Counted from the stretch's first letter, positions 28,901 through 37,553 are shown. The stretch: 64,000 nucleotides of DNA from an uncultured Cyclobacteriaceae bacterium (GCA_943788235.1 CALSPM010000002.1:469983-533982); one strand, 5' to 3'. Numbers and translations are program-made. Notes: a model not told the origin generated them from the sequence alone.

Positions 28901-29382
28901 ATGAATCCAAATTGATCGCTTGAGTTCCATTGGTAAGTGAACTTCAATGCCAGATCATGATTGATCTCTTCAAAAATAATCTTATTGCCAAAGGCATTTT
29001 TATATAGATTCCTTGTGATCTTATAAACCCCCGAATATTTATCTGAAAAGGGCTCCCATAAAGAAGTCTTATCCCCTTTTGAAACCAAAAACAAGGTTTT
29101 ACTACCTGTTGTTTCGGCTGCAGTGGTGATCTTATCATCTGTATAATAAGGAAAGAGGGCTGAATTACAATCTTTTCTTCCTGCCGATAAACCACCCGTG
29201 CTTGAAATGAACATCCAATGGTTGGAATGACTCACCACTGTCATAAAGAACGGACGCATCTCATCAAAATGGCTTATTTTATAAAAAGTTTCACCGCCTA
29301 TTTGAAGCAATTTTCCAGATACTTTTTTTTCTGAAAAATCAACTTCGTTCTTTCCTAAAAAAATCTTTTTCTTATCAATCAT
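25918..29382 (-). CDS. large cytoplasmic protein, candidate GH149-type beta-1,3-glucan phosphorylase
   Basis: 1154 aa with no signal peptide or TM segment. Size and neighbourhood (two GH17, a clan GH-A enzyme, MFS, GH1) fit what is known of bacterial GH149. No catalytic motif could be verified by eye. Confidence 0.4.
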   Translation of the reverse strand: MIDKKKIFLGKNEVDFSEKKVSGKLLQIGGETFYKISHFDEMRPFFMTVVSHSNHWMFISSTGGLSAGRKDCNSALFPYYTDDKITTAAETTGSKTLFLVSKGDKTSLWEPFSDKYSGVYKITRNLYKNAFGNKIIFEEINHDLALKFTYQWNSSDQFGFIKKSTITNQGKAAVTLSLIDGIQNLLPYGVEQSVQNGSSNLVDAYKKCELEVDSGMGIYSLSAIIVDRAEPSEALKASVVWSLGLDQAKKLLSSKQLDTFRRGGTLIQEDDIKAEKGAYFLHEEISLSAKEEKNWLIAADVNQSISDIIDIKEKLKSKEDLLDQINKDIEAGSMHLLELVGGADGLRLSAHRPRNIRHFSNTMFNIMRGGIFDHNYQIGKTDFLDYLAKANKNVFAGKKVLLDNLPGVFDLNHLRQVAKKGSDADFKRLCTEYLPLMFSRRHGDPSRPWNQFSINTKSEVDGSKILDYQGNWRDLFQNWEALAYSYPEFIEGMIHKFLNATTFDGYNPYRVTKDGFDWETIEPGNPWAYIGYWGDHQIIYLLKFLEFIENYYPNKLAESFSKNLFVYANVPYLIKDYEDLLENPKDTIVYDYENEARIQAQRAKIGADGALLTDANDQIYKVNFIEKVLATVLAKMSNFIPEGGIWMNTQRPEWNDANNALVGNGVSMVTLYYLKRFLKFFDNILSKYDQEDIEISVELKQFLIELNHVLAQNQGLLRGTISDKERKRVLDGLGSAGSSFRKIIYKQKFSGQKVKVHTAEITSFVDLSSLFLAHSIKANKRTDHLYHAYNLMTVKGKNEVAISYLPEMLEGQVAVLSSGFLSSSESLEVLDGLKSSSLFRVDQFSYVLYPNKILPRFVAKNTIPPEVISSSDLLTTLIDHKNVDVVERDALGEYHFNGAFNNVNSLKAALESLPEIYQAWAEGESEALYQIFEGVFNHKSFTGRSGTFFGYEGLGSIYWHMVSKLLLATFEITKDAVKQKEDKALVGRLFDHYFEINEGIGVNKSPELYGAFSTDAYSHTPGGKGAQQPGMTGQVKEDLLSRWGELGIEVQEGILTFNPFMLRQDEFLTEKQDYVYVNVLKKRCSIELEKDSLGFTYCQIPIIYQASQTSKIEVHYNSGAKRIIEGNQLDLTLSSMIFKRTHEIHKLVVFLTRN

Positions 29383-29486
29383 AAAAATATCTGCAGTAAT
29401 CGGATTGTGATTAATATTGAGAACATTTGATCCACAAAGTGAACATTTATTTGAAATAAATCACAAATCAAAGGCCTATTAAATTT

Positions 29487-29504
29487 TTATCCTAAATAGG
29501 ATAA
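29487..29504. promoter_or_regulatory. perfect palindrome TTATCCTA-AA-TAGGATAA, candidate operator
   Basis: 8-bp arms with a 2-bp spacer, about 105-120 bp upstream of the start of the 1154-aa gene, inside a 560-bp AT-rich spacer. Confidence 0.3.
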
Positions 29505-29943
29505 AAGGGATACTCTTTTCAGTAATGAGGTTCTTTTTAGGTCTCAAAATAATTTGCACAATAAAATGTAATTTAAAATATAATACCTCTTATGGGTTTT
29601 GCTGGGCAATGAAAATAAAATTATTCAACAATTACTATTTTTTATTTAATCAATATTTGGATTAATCAATAAAAACAAAATTTATATACCATTCGAAAAC
29701 ATCAAATTCCAAAAAAACGATAGGTGATCCCTCTTGATAAGCTGATGCTAATTTTAATAAATGCAATGATCTATGATTACTTCTTCCAGTCAAAAAGTCA
29801 TTTATCAAAAGCCCCTTTTTTCAAGTATATCAACCCTGATATAATAAAAGAAATTCTTCGTGATCAATGGCATTCATCTTATAAGGCTATTTTACTTTAT
29901 TTTCAGACAATTATTTAGATCTATCAACTATGCTAATTTGATA

Positions 29944-30894
29944 TTAAGCAGTGAAAGATTGCTTATAATCACCTCTATCGGAAAAGGCCAACTTTGGCTT
30001 GCGATTCTCAAAGTACAACCCCCAATGCTTTTCAGGTTCATCTGGATCTGGGGATCCCTTCCACGGCTCATCAAATGCTTCAAAGACAAAGGTCAGGATA
30101 TGATCCTCTTTACACCAAGAACTTAACTCTTGATAATAAATTTTTTGAAAAATTTGATTTACATGAGCTCTGGGAATCCCTTGATCATTTGATGAGGTCG
30201 CCCAGCCCGCTTCGGTTATGACGACCAACTTATTCGGATATTTTTCTGCTACTGCCCTGTAATTTTGCTTTGTGAATTCAAGTGACTCATCTATGGTTTT
30301 GTATTCCCATACTGGATAGGTATGTATTGAGATAAAATCCACTTCATTGACCAGTGGTTCTAACTTATCGAGCCATGGGACATAATTTTCACAAAATGTT
30401 ACCGGCTGTTTTGCACCTTTTTTCACTTGCCTCACGTAGTAGATGATTTGAGAAACTGCTACCATATGATCTGTCCAATCTACACTGGCCTCATTGCCTA
30501 CGGACAAACTAAAGATAATAGTAGGGTACCTATTGGCTAAACGCACTAAATCATCAACTTCTTGATGATTTTGTTCTTTGTTTGAGGCCAAGGCTTCTTC
30601 AGAAAAATCATTTCCTCCCCAAGGGCAATTTGGATTATTCTCTTCAGCATTGATATAAGCACCCAGCATAACCTTGAGGGGAAGCTTTTCTTTTTCAATC
30701 ACCTCGAGTACCGTTCGTGAATGTGAATCACAACTATAAAGACGCACGTAAGTCCAATTGGCCTGGACGATCAATAAATCTTCCTTCACTTGCTCATAAC
30801 TAGGATCATTGATCCCAGGCTGCTGACCCTCCCTATATCCAGAGTAGCAGACAGCAGGAGCTGCAGGCATTGAGAAAACATCAGTATAGTTCAT
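29944..30894 (-). CDS. GH17 family beta-1,3-glucan-active enzyme, no signal peptide
   Basis: SVGNEASVDW (acid/base region), VITEAGWATS (nucleophile region) and FEAFDEPWKG. The N-terminus MNYTDVFSMPAAP has no hydrophobic core. Confidence 0.75.
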   Translation of the reverse strand: MNYTDVFSMPAAPAVCYSGYREGQQPGINDPSYEQVKEDLLIVQANWTYVRLYSCDSHSRTVLEVIEKEKLPLKVMLGAYINAEENNPNCPWGGNDFSEEALASNKEQNHQEVDDLVRLANRYPTIIFSLSVGNEASVDWTDHMVAVSQIIYYVRQVKKGAKQPVTFCENYVPWLDKLEPLVNEVDFISIHTYPVWEYKTIDESLEFTKQNYRAVAEKYPNKLVVITEAGWATSSNDQGIPRAHVNQIFQKIYYQELSSWCKEDHILTFVFEAFDEPWKGSPDPDEPEKHWGLYFENRKPKLAFSDRGDYKQSFTA

Positions 30895-30921
30895 GTAGTT
30901 GTGCTTTATGATATTCTTATT

Positions 30922-31806
30922 CTAAAATTTTATTTTTCCTTTCTTATCCCAAAGGCCCCAAAATGCTCCAACATCACCCTCTGAGTCTACTTTCCAGGAT
31001 TCATCAAAGGAAGAAAAATAAAACATTTCGATTTCATCTTCCTCAGCCCACTGCTGAGCATTACTGAAATATTTAAGGGCATTTTCATAGGATGGATGGG
31101 CATCTCCTAAGTCACTTCCCTGACTGGGCCAACCTGTTTCTGTGATAATCACCTTTTTGCCATTTGCTGCATCCAAGGCGGCTTGATACATTTGTTTCAT
31201 GTATAATAAGGAGTAATCCAAATGACAGCCTTCCCAATAAGGATAGCAATTTGCTAAAATCACATCGCAAGCCGCTGATATCTTTGGTCTGGTGTTAAAC
31301 TCATAATAGGCATCGACATAACCTACAGGGATACCTTTTACTGCTGATTTGACCTCATGGATATAATAAAGTAGCTGAGCTTCGGAAAAGTCTCCTCTAT
31401 ACATGACCTCATTGCCTACCACGGCGATGTCTACCAATCCAGAATCACATAACCTGATAAGAGAACGGATTTCATCAGTATTGGTATTCTCATTATCACC
31501 GAGCCAAGCACCTGCTAACGTCTTTATGCCATATTCCTTGGCCAACTTAGGAATTAATTCATTACCATCGGTACAAGAGAAAGTCCTAATCCATTTCGTA
31601 TAGGGTTTGATGATTTCAAGTCTTCTGCGAATTTGATCTTCTGAAATCTCATCCCCTGGTTTTTGTATCTCTTCATAAGGGCTAAAACACAAGCCATGCA
31701 TGCCTCTTTCAAGTATAGAGGAACAATGATCTTGAAGTTTACGAGTATTAAAGTCAGTGTAATCTGAACCGATTAAGGATTTTATCTTTTCTTCTCTGTA
31801 CGACAT
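30922..31806 (-). CDS. GH17 family beta-1,3-glucan-active enzyme, no signal peptide
   Basis: VVGNEVMYRGD, IITETGWPSQG and FSSFDESWK. The N-terminus MSYREEKIKSL has no signal peptide. Confidence 0.8.
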   Translation of the reverse strand: MSYREEKIKSLIGSDYTDFNTRKLQDHCSSILERGMHGLCFSPYEEIQKPGDEISEDQIRRRLEIIKPYTKWIRTFSCTDGNELIPKLAKEYGIKTLAGAWLGDNENTNTDEIRSLIRLCDSGLVDIAVVGNEVMYRGDFSEAQLLYYIHEVKSAVKGIPVGYVDAYYEFNTRPKISAACDVILANCYPYWEGCHLDYSLLYMKQMYQAALDAANGKKVIITETGWPSQGSDLGDAHPSYENALKYFSNAQQWAEEDEIEMFYFSSFDESWKVDSEGDVGAFWGLWDKKGKIKF

Positions 31807-32108
31807 AGAAACTTAAATTATCTTCTTTTCTTAATTCACCACTTTTTAAAGATGTTTATCTTTAATTCTTACAATAAAGATGAAAATTTTAGAAAATAAA
31901 ATTTAATCTATAAAGAAATTCTTAATCATGAAAATTAGGAAGTCATCAATCTTGATGAAATCAAGGAAATCCTTATGAAAAACGAAGCACGCAAACGATT
32001 ACACTATAATAGTTTAACCTTTTGTTTTGGTAGACAACTCTATTGAAATATCGAACATTAGTTTTACACCAGTAGAATTCTTGGAAGTTAATAAATCAAT
32101 TCAATTAA

Positions 32109-32309
32109 TTATTTAGATCCCTCATAAAAGAAGAGTTCCTCAATAGCTATCTCAAATAACTTTGACATCTTAAATGCTGTGGGTAAACTTGGATCAAATT
32201 TTTCTTTTTCAATCGCATTTATCGCTTGACGTGAAATACCAATTAAGTTGGCTAATTCTTCTTGTGTCAATTTTTGATTTTTCCTTAACTCTCTTAATCT
32301 ATTTTTCAT
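32109..32309 (-). CDS. small XRE-family helix-turn-helix transcriptional regulator
   Basis: 66 aa: LRELRKNQKLTQEELANLIGISRQAINAIEKEKFDPSL. Confidence 0.8.
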   Translation of the reverse strand: MKNRLRELRKNQKLTQEELANLIGISRQAINAIEKEKFDPSLPTAFKMSKLFEIAIEELFFYEGSK

Positions 32310-32692
32310 TTAAATCTTAATGAATTAACGATAATAGAAGTCATGTATGAAAAGCAAATGAAAAACACTAAATATTCAAACTCAGGTTCCGAATTAATAA
32401 CTCCAAAATCAAACGAAATCTCATACACAAGACCAACAACTACCGTTAACCCTAATGTAAGGGCCATTGATTCAAAGTGAATTTTCTTTTGTAATTCATC
32501 ATAATGCTTAAATAAATTTTTATTTGCGATAATCATACCAACCCCAATAGCAAGATTTATAAATAATCCTATTTTGGTAATTAATACGTTATCCCATAAA
32601 TTGTTTACTCCCGCTGATAAAATTGCAGTACTTACTACCCAAGCAAATACCCATCCAAGTAAAATTTTTGTTTGTTTTTTTTGTTCTTTCAT
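32306..32692 (-). CDS. small membrane protein co-transcribed with the HTH regulator
   Basis: ATG at 32692 (MKEQKKQTKILLGW..), four hydrophobic segments. Its stop overlaps the HTH start by 4 nt. Confidence 0.55.
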   Translation of the reverse strand: MKEQKKQTKILLGWVFAWVVSTAILSAGVNNLWDNVLITKIGLFINLAIGVGMIIANKNLFKHYDELQKKIHFESMALTLGLTVVVGLVYEISFDFGVINSEPEFEYLVFFICFSYMTSIIVNSLRFK

Positions 32693-32774
32693 CTTTTTAT
32701 GTAATGTGTACTTTACAAAAGTAGTCAAAATAAATTAAAATGTAAAGTTTTATTTACAAAAAATATGTTTTGAT

Positions 32775-32810
32775 AAAAAAAACGGTTACACTATATAATA
32801 GTATAACCGT
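32775..32810 (-). terminator. rho-independent terminator downstream of tRNA-fMet
   Basis: The minus strand reads ACGGTTAtac...gtgTAACCGT followed by TTTTTTTT. Confidence 0.65.
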
Positions 32811-32823
32811 CTTCTTGTTTTAG

Positions 32824-32896
<73 letters not shown>

Positions 32897-32905
32897 ATGT
32901 GAATA

Positions 32906-32913
32906 CAAAAGTA
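32906..32913 (-). promoter_or_regulatory. candidate -7 promoter box (TACTTTTG) for tRNA-fMet
   Basis: Matches TAnnTTTG on the minus strand, ending about 9 nt upstream of the mature 5' end. Confidence 0.45.
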
Positions 32914-33102
32914 GTAAGCTATTTTCAATAAACAAGAGGTAACTGAGTATTTATATTTAATATTTTGAGGAAGGCGAATTATGACTAGTAGACTCCCATT
33001 CAGATATTTTCGGATCACCCCAAAATACACCCTACTCTGTTTGCTATCACTGATAGATGAAAAATTCAATTATCAATGACTGTTCTAAGGAACAATAAAA
33101 AG

Positions 33103-33110
33103 TATCTTTG
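33103..33110 (+). promoter_or_regulatory. candidate -7 promoter box (TATCTTTG) for era
   Basis: Matches TAnnTTTG, 36 nt upstream of the era ATG. Confidence 0.4.
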
Positions 33111-33146
33111 CAGCATCATAGAAAGAAGTATTGTTAAGCACATGAC

Positions 33147-34040
33147 ATGAGCGAAGATAAAACAGCCTTTAAAGCAGGATTTGTCAGTATTTTAGGTAAA
33201 CCCAACGTGGGTAAATCAACTTTGATGAATGCCTTGGTTGGAGAACGCCTTTCGATCATGACTTCAAAGGCCCAAACAACCCGACATCGTATTTTTGGGA
33301 TTCTTTCGACGCCCGATTGTCAGATGATCTTCAGTGACACCCCAGGGGTCATTGATCCTCAATACAAGCTTCAAGAAAGTATGATGCGATTTGTCAAAGC
33401 GTCCTTAGAAGATGCCGACTTGATCTTGTACATGGTAGAGCTCGGCGAGAAGTATGATGACAATGTAAATGTTACGCATATCTTTGAGAATCAAGCCCCC
33501 AAATTTCTGATCATCAATAAGATGGATCAAGCCAAAGGATCCCAAGTGAAAGACAAAGTGGATTACTGGCAAAAAATATTCCCAACGGCACAGGTTTTTC
33601 CGATTTCAGCCTTGGAGAAAGAAAACATCGATGAACTCTATGAAGCCATCAAGTCCGCTTTACCACACCATCCTCCCTATTTTCCTCAAGATCAGATCAC
33701 CGATAAATCCGAGCGATTTGTCACCTCTGAGATCATCAGAGAAAAGATTTTCTTAAATTATAAAAAAGAAGTCCCCTATAGCTGTGAGGTAGAGATAGAA
33801 GAATTTAAAGAAGCCGAAGATATCTTGCGCATCCGAGCGATCATCTACGTGGAGCGCGACAGTCAAAAAGGAATTATCATTGGTAAAAGTGGCGCCAGCC
33901 TCAAAAAAGTAGGGATTGAATCTCGCGAAGACCTCGAGAAGTTTTTCGAGAAAAAAGTCCATTTAGAAACTTACGTAAAAGTTGAAAAAGACTGGCGTAG
34001 AAAAGAAAAATGTTTAAAGAAGTTTGGTTATCAGCAATGA
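33147..34040 (+). CDS. era: GTPase Era
   Basis: GFVSILGKPNVGKSTLMNAL, DTPG and NKMD, plus a C-terminal KH domain (IIGKSGASLKKVG). Confidence 0.95.
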   Translation: MSEDKTAFKAGFVSILGKPNVGKSTLMNALVGERLSIMTSKAQTTRHRIFGILSTPDCQMIFSDTPGVIDPQYKLQESMMRFVKASLEDADLILYMVELGEKYDDNVNVTHIFENQAPKFLIINKMDQAKGSQVKDKVDYWQKIFPTAQVFPISALEKENIDELYEAIKSALPHHPPYFPQDQITDKSERFVTSEIIREKIFLNYKKEVPYSCEVEIEEFKEAEDILRIRAIIYVERDSQKGIIIGKSGASLKKVGIESREDLEKFFEKKVHLETYVKVEKDWRRKEKCLKKFGYQQ

Positions 34041-34069
34041 AGACCTCAAGCACTCATTAACTAAAATAA

Positions 34070-35377
34070 ATGGCGAATATAGTAGCAATAGTAGGTAGAC
34101 CCAATGTAGGTAAATCTACCCTTTTCAATCGTTTGATCGAACGTAAACAAGCCATCATGGACGATGAGTCCGGCGTGACACGAGATCGACATTATGGGGT
34201 TTGTGAATGGAATGGTAAAAAATTTACCGTCATTGATACCGGTGGTTATGTGAAAGGATCTACCGACATCTTTGAGGGAGCCATCCGTACACAGGTCCAA
34301 CAAGCCTTGTCGGAAGCTAGTGTCATTTTATTTATGGTTGACTGCCATACCGGATTGCATGGTTTAGATGAGGAATTTGCCCAGATATTAAGAGAAGTCA
34401 ACAAACCCCTATTTGTAGTCACCAATAAGGCAGACAATCAAAAAAGAATTGATGATTCCACCGAATTTTATACATTAGGCATGACCGATAGATTGTTTCC
34501 TGTCGCTTCCTCAAATGGCTGGGGTACCGGAGATTTATTAGATGAAGTAGTCAAAGAACTTGACGAAGAAGAGGAAGAATCCGACAGTGGACTCCCTAAG
34601 ATTGCCATTTTGGGCCGACCCAATGCGGGTAAATCTTCTTTTATCAATGCCTTATTGGGAAAAGAACGCACCATCGTCACCGACATACCCGGTACCACCA
34701 GAGATGCCATCAACACACGGTACAACCTGTTTGGTAAAGACTTTATATTGACCGACACGGCAGGTATCCGAAAGAAAGCTAAGGTCAAAGAAGACATTGA
34801 GTTTTATTCAGTGCTTAGGGCCATTCAAGCCCTTCAGGATAGTGATGTCTGTATCATCATGATTGATGCCGAACGAGGATTGAAGGCCCAAGATATGAGT
34901 ATTATCGCCTTAGTCAATAAGTATAAAAAAGGTAGCGTAATCATGATCAACAAATGGGATTTGGTGAACAAAGAAACCAATACTGCGGTAAAATTGGAGC
35001 AAGAGATTAAAACTAAACTCGGGCCGCTGTCTTACGTACCTATTATTTTTGCCAGTGTACTCGAAAAACAGCGTATTTTTAAGGTCATTGAAAAATCCTT
35101 GGCTATTTACGAAAATAAAGCCACCAAAATCCCTACTTCAAAGCTCAACGAAACCATGTTGAAGGAAATTGAAAGGAATCCACCTCCCGCCATCAGAGGG
35201 AAGAACGTAGGGATCAAATACATCACCCAACTGCCGACTCATTCTGTGGTCTTTGCTTTTTTCTGTAGTTATCCAAAAGAAATAAGTGAATCTTATGAAC
35301 GCTTTTTAATCAATAAGATCCGAAGTCACTTTGATTTCGAAGGCATCCCCATCAAAGTAGTTTTCAGAATGAAATGA
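34070..35377 (+). CDS. der: ribosome biogenesis GTPase Der (EngA)
   Basis: Two tandem GTPase domains (GRPNVGKSTLFN / DTGG / NKAD, then GRPNAGKSSFIN / DTAG / NKWD) plus a KH-like C-terminus. Confidence 0.95.
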   Translation: MANIVAIVGRPNVGKSTLFNRLIERKQAIMDDESGVTRDRHYGVCEWNGKKFTVIDTGGYVKGSTDIFEGAIRTQVQQALSEASVILFMVDCHTGLHGLDEEFAQILREVNKPLFVVTNKADNQKRIDDSTEFYTLGMTDRLFPVASSNGWGTGDLLDEVVKELDEEEEESDSGLPKIAILGRPNAGKSSFINALLGKERTIVTDIPGTTRDAINTRYNLFGKDFILTDTAGIRKKAKVKEDIEFYSVLRAIQALQDSDVCIIMIDAERGLKAQDMSIIALVNKYKKGSVIMINKWDLVNKETNTAVKLEQEIKTKLGPLSYVPIIFASVLEKQRIFKVIEKSLAIYENKATKIPTSKLNETMLKEIERNPPPAIRGKNVGIKYITQLPTHSVVFAFFCSYPKEISESYERFLINKIRSHFDFEGIPIKVVFRMK

Positions 35378-35530
35378 TCATCTTCTAAGTATAATCACAA
35401 AAAATAGAGATGAGACTCAAAGTGAAGCATCAGTAGCATAGCTGTCCTTTATTAAGTTCATTTGAGCTGTTATTTTGACCGAACGCACCTTAAATTAGGG
35501 TTTTGATAGATTAAAAAAGAAACTCATTCA

Positions 35531-36151
35531 TTGAAAAAAGATTATCTAACCATTTTTAAGCGTTTTGTGCCCCTAGAGGCGGCTAATTATTGCTTGGCTC
35601 TCTATCAACAATATGGATTTGAATTTAAAATCAAAAAAAGCAGACGTACAAAATTTGGGGATTATCAGTTTGAACCTGCCCAACAAAAGCATATCATCAC
35701 CATCAACAATGACCTGAACCATTATGCTTTTCTGATCACCTATTTGCATGAAGTCGCGCACTTAATCACCTTTGAAAAATATAAAAATCAAGTAACACCT
35801 CACGGTGAAGAATGGAAAAATACCTTCAAAATGGTTTCCTTGCCTGTCCTCAATCTGCAAGTTTTTCCCGATCTTCTCCTCAAAAAATTAGCTCATTACC
35901 TGCGCAGTCCTAAAGCTTCGAGTTGCTCTGATCCAAATCTACATGCCTTGCTCAAGCAGTATGACCACCCCGATGATACCTGCCTTCTCAAAACACTCAA
36001 GGTTGGAGATCAATTCTTGTTCAATAAAGCTTCTTATCAATATCTTGAGCTAAAAAGAACCCGCGTTCTTTGCCTTCAAATCAATAGCGGCAGAAAATAC
36101 CTCATCGCTCAGATCGCTTCAGTCAAGAAAAATTTCCCTTCAGATGGATAA
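35531..36151 (+). CDS. SprT-like zinc metalloprotease domain protein
   Basis: HEVAHLITF..HG.EW motif. TTG start at 35531, with no nearby ATG. Confidence 0.55.
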   Translation: MKKDYLTIFKRFVPLEAANYCLALYQQYGFEFKIKKSRRTKFGDYQFEPAQQKHIITINNDLNHYAFLITYLHEVAHLITFEKYKNQVTPHGEEWKNTFKMVSLPVLNLQVFPDLLLKKLAHYLRSPKASSCSDPNLHALLKQYDHPDDTCLLKTLKVGDQFLFNKASYQYLELKRTRVLCLQINSGRKYLIAQIASVKKNFPSDG

Positions 36152-36709
36152 TCTCCTACTGATCAAACCCGAAACCAAAAGATAAAAAGTACTCGGAGTT
36201 AAGGTGCGCCATTTATCTATCTCTAAGGTGCCTCCCATATTCAAATAAGTATCTAAGTTGTACTTAGCCATTTCTTCCCTTAAAAAATCCGGAAAGCTCA
36301 CACATGCAATCCAACCCTCTTCGACTTCTTCGAGCCATTCTTCATAATAACTGTCATCACTGCCATGAAAGTTCAGCACATTTTCTCCAATTAATACGAA
36401 TTTATTAATTCCTTCGGCCTGCAGTGCTTCAATAATATTTCTTTTGAGGAGCATGATGTCATTATTTATAGCGTCGTTCCATTCACCAATGAACTCCAGT
36501 ACGCTGTAGCCCTCGTCATAATCGCAGAAGAGGATTTTGACATAAAGCGTTTCGGAACCAAAATAATCCCAGGCGGGGTCTATGAAGTAGCCGTATATTT
36601 TCTCTGAATAGGTATCATAATTATAGGTTTTCCCTGAAAAGGGTGAACGATCATCTGTACTCGAATCATAGTACTTGAGCCAGTTGTAAAAAGGTTCTAT
36701 CTCATGCAT
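36140..36709 (-). CDS. conserved hypothetical cytoplasmic protein
   Basis: 189-aa acidic ORF with an ATG start. Overlaps the end of the SprT-like gene convergently by 12 nt. No family recognised. Confidence 0.45.
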   Translation of the reverse strand: MHEIEPFYNWLKYYDSSTDDRSPFSGKTYNYDTYSEKIYGYFIDPAWDYFGSETLYVKILFCDYDEGYSVLEFIGEWNDAINNDIMLLKRNIIEALQAEGINKFVLIGENVLNFHGSDDSYYEEWLEEVEEGWIACVSFPDFLREEMAKYNLDTYLNMGGTLEIDKWRTLTPSTFYLLVSGLISRRLSI

Positions 36710-36733
36710 TTTATGTTAACCTCAATTGTATAC

Positions 36734-37540
36734 TCAACTTTTATTATATGCATCTATAGCCTTGCGGACCGAACCATGGATATTCAGAAGTGCGGCTGCC
36801 GCTACAAGATCAAGACCGGTCTCCATGACAATCATTTTGATGCCTCGAGCTATCAACTTGTCATTGCTCAGTTGCATGTCTACCATTTTATTGCCTTTTA
36901 CCCTTCCCAACTGAATCATCACTGAGGTGCTGATCATGTTGAGTACCAACTTCTGCGCAGTGCCTGCTTTCATCCGGGTGCTGCCCGTGACATATTCAGG
37001 ACCCGTGACGATCTCTATGGGGAATTCCACACCCTGGGCAAGCGCACTCTCTGGATTACATACGATGCATCCCGTCAACAATCCATGCTTTCTCGCTTCT
37101 CGTATTCCCCCTAATACATAGGGCGTCGTACCCGAAGCAGCCAGTCCGATCAAGCTGTCCTGTATTGTCGGCTGGTAGACACTTAGGTCTTTCCAGGCCT
37201 TCTGATCGTCATCTTCGGCAAATTCTACTGCTTTTCTAATGGCACCATCACCTCCCGCGATGATACCGATCACCACATCATGGCCTACCCCAAATGTGGG
37301 TGGACATTCTGAAGCGTCTAGAATACCCAAACGACCACTGGTACCTGCTCCTATATAAAAAATTCGCCCACCTGCTTTCATCCTGACAACGACTTGCTCG
37401 ATGAGGGATGCGATCTGATCCAATTTTTTGGATACAGCAAGCGCTACTTTTTGATCTTCTTTATTGATCCCTTCCAGTACCTCGCCTAAGGCTAGTTTTT
37501 CTAAATCTTGATAGGGAGAAGATGACTCTGTGATAGACAT
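36734..37540 (-). CDS. murQ: N-acetylmuramic acid 6-phosphate etherase
   Basis: SIS domain: GGRIFYIGAGTSGRLG..DASECPPTFG, GLAASGTTPYV and STRMKAGTAQK. Start set at the ATG at 37540 (MSITESSSP); the track's 47-codon extension is rejected. Confidence 0.85.
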   Translation of the reverse strand: MSITESSSPYQDLEKLALGEVLEGINKEDQKVALAVSKKLDQIASLIEQVVVRMKAGGRIFYIGAGTSGRLGILDASECPPTFGVGHDVVIGIIAGGDGAIRKAVEFAEDDDQKAWKDLSVYQPTIQDSLIGLAASGTTPYVLGGIREARKHGLLTGCIVCNPESALAQGVEFPIEIVTGPEYVTGSTRMKAGTAQKLVLNMISTSVMIQLGRVKGNKMVDMQLSNDKLIARGIKMIVMETGLDLVAAAALLNIHGSVRKAIDAYNKS

Positions 37541-37553
37541 TAAACTTAATATT

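Noticed and set aside
29724-30126. Short plus-strand ORFs (29724..29918, 29860..30126) in or next to the AT-rich spacer
   Set aside because: AT-rich chance ORFs. The second is antisense to the GH17 gene, and neither has a recognisable motif.
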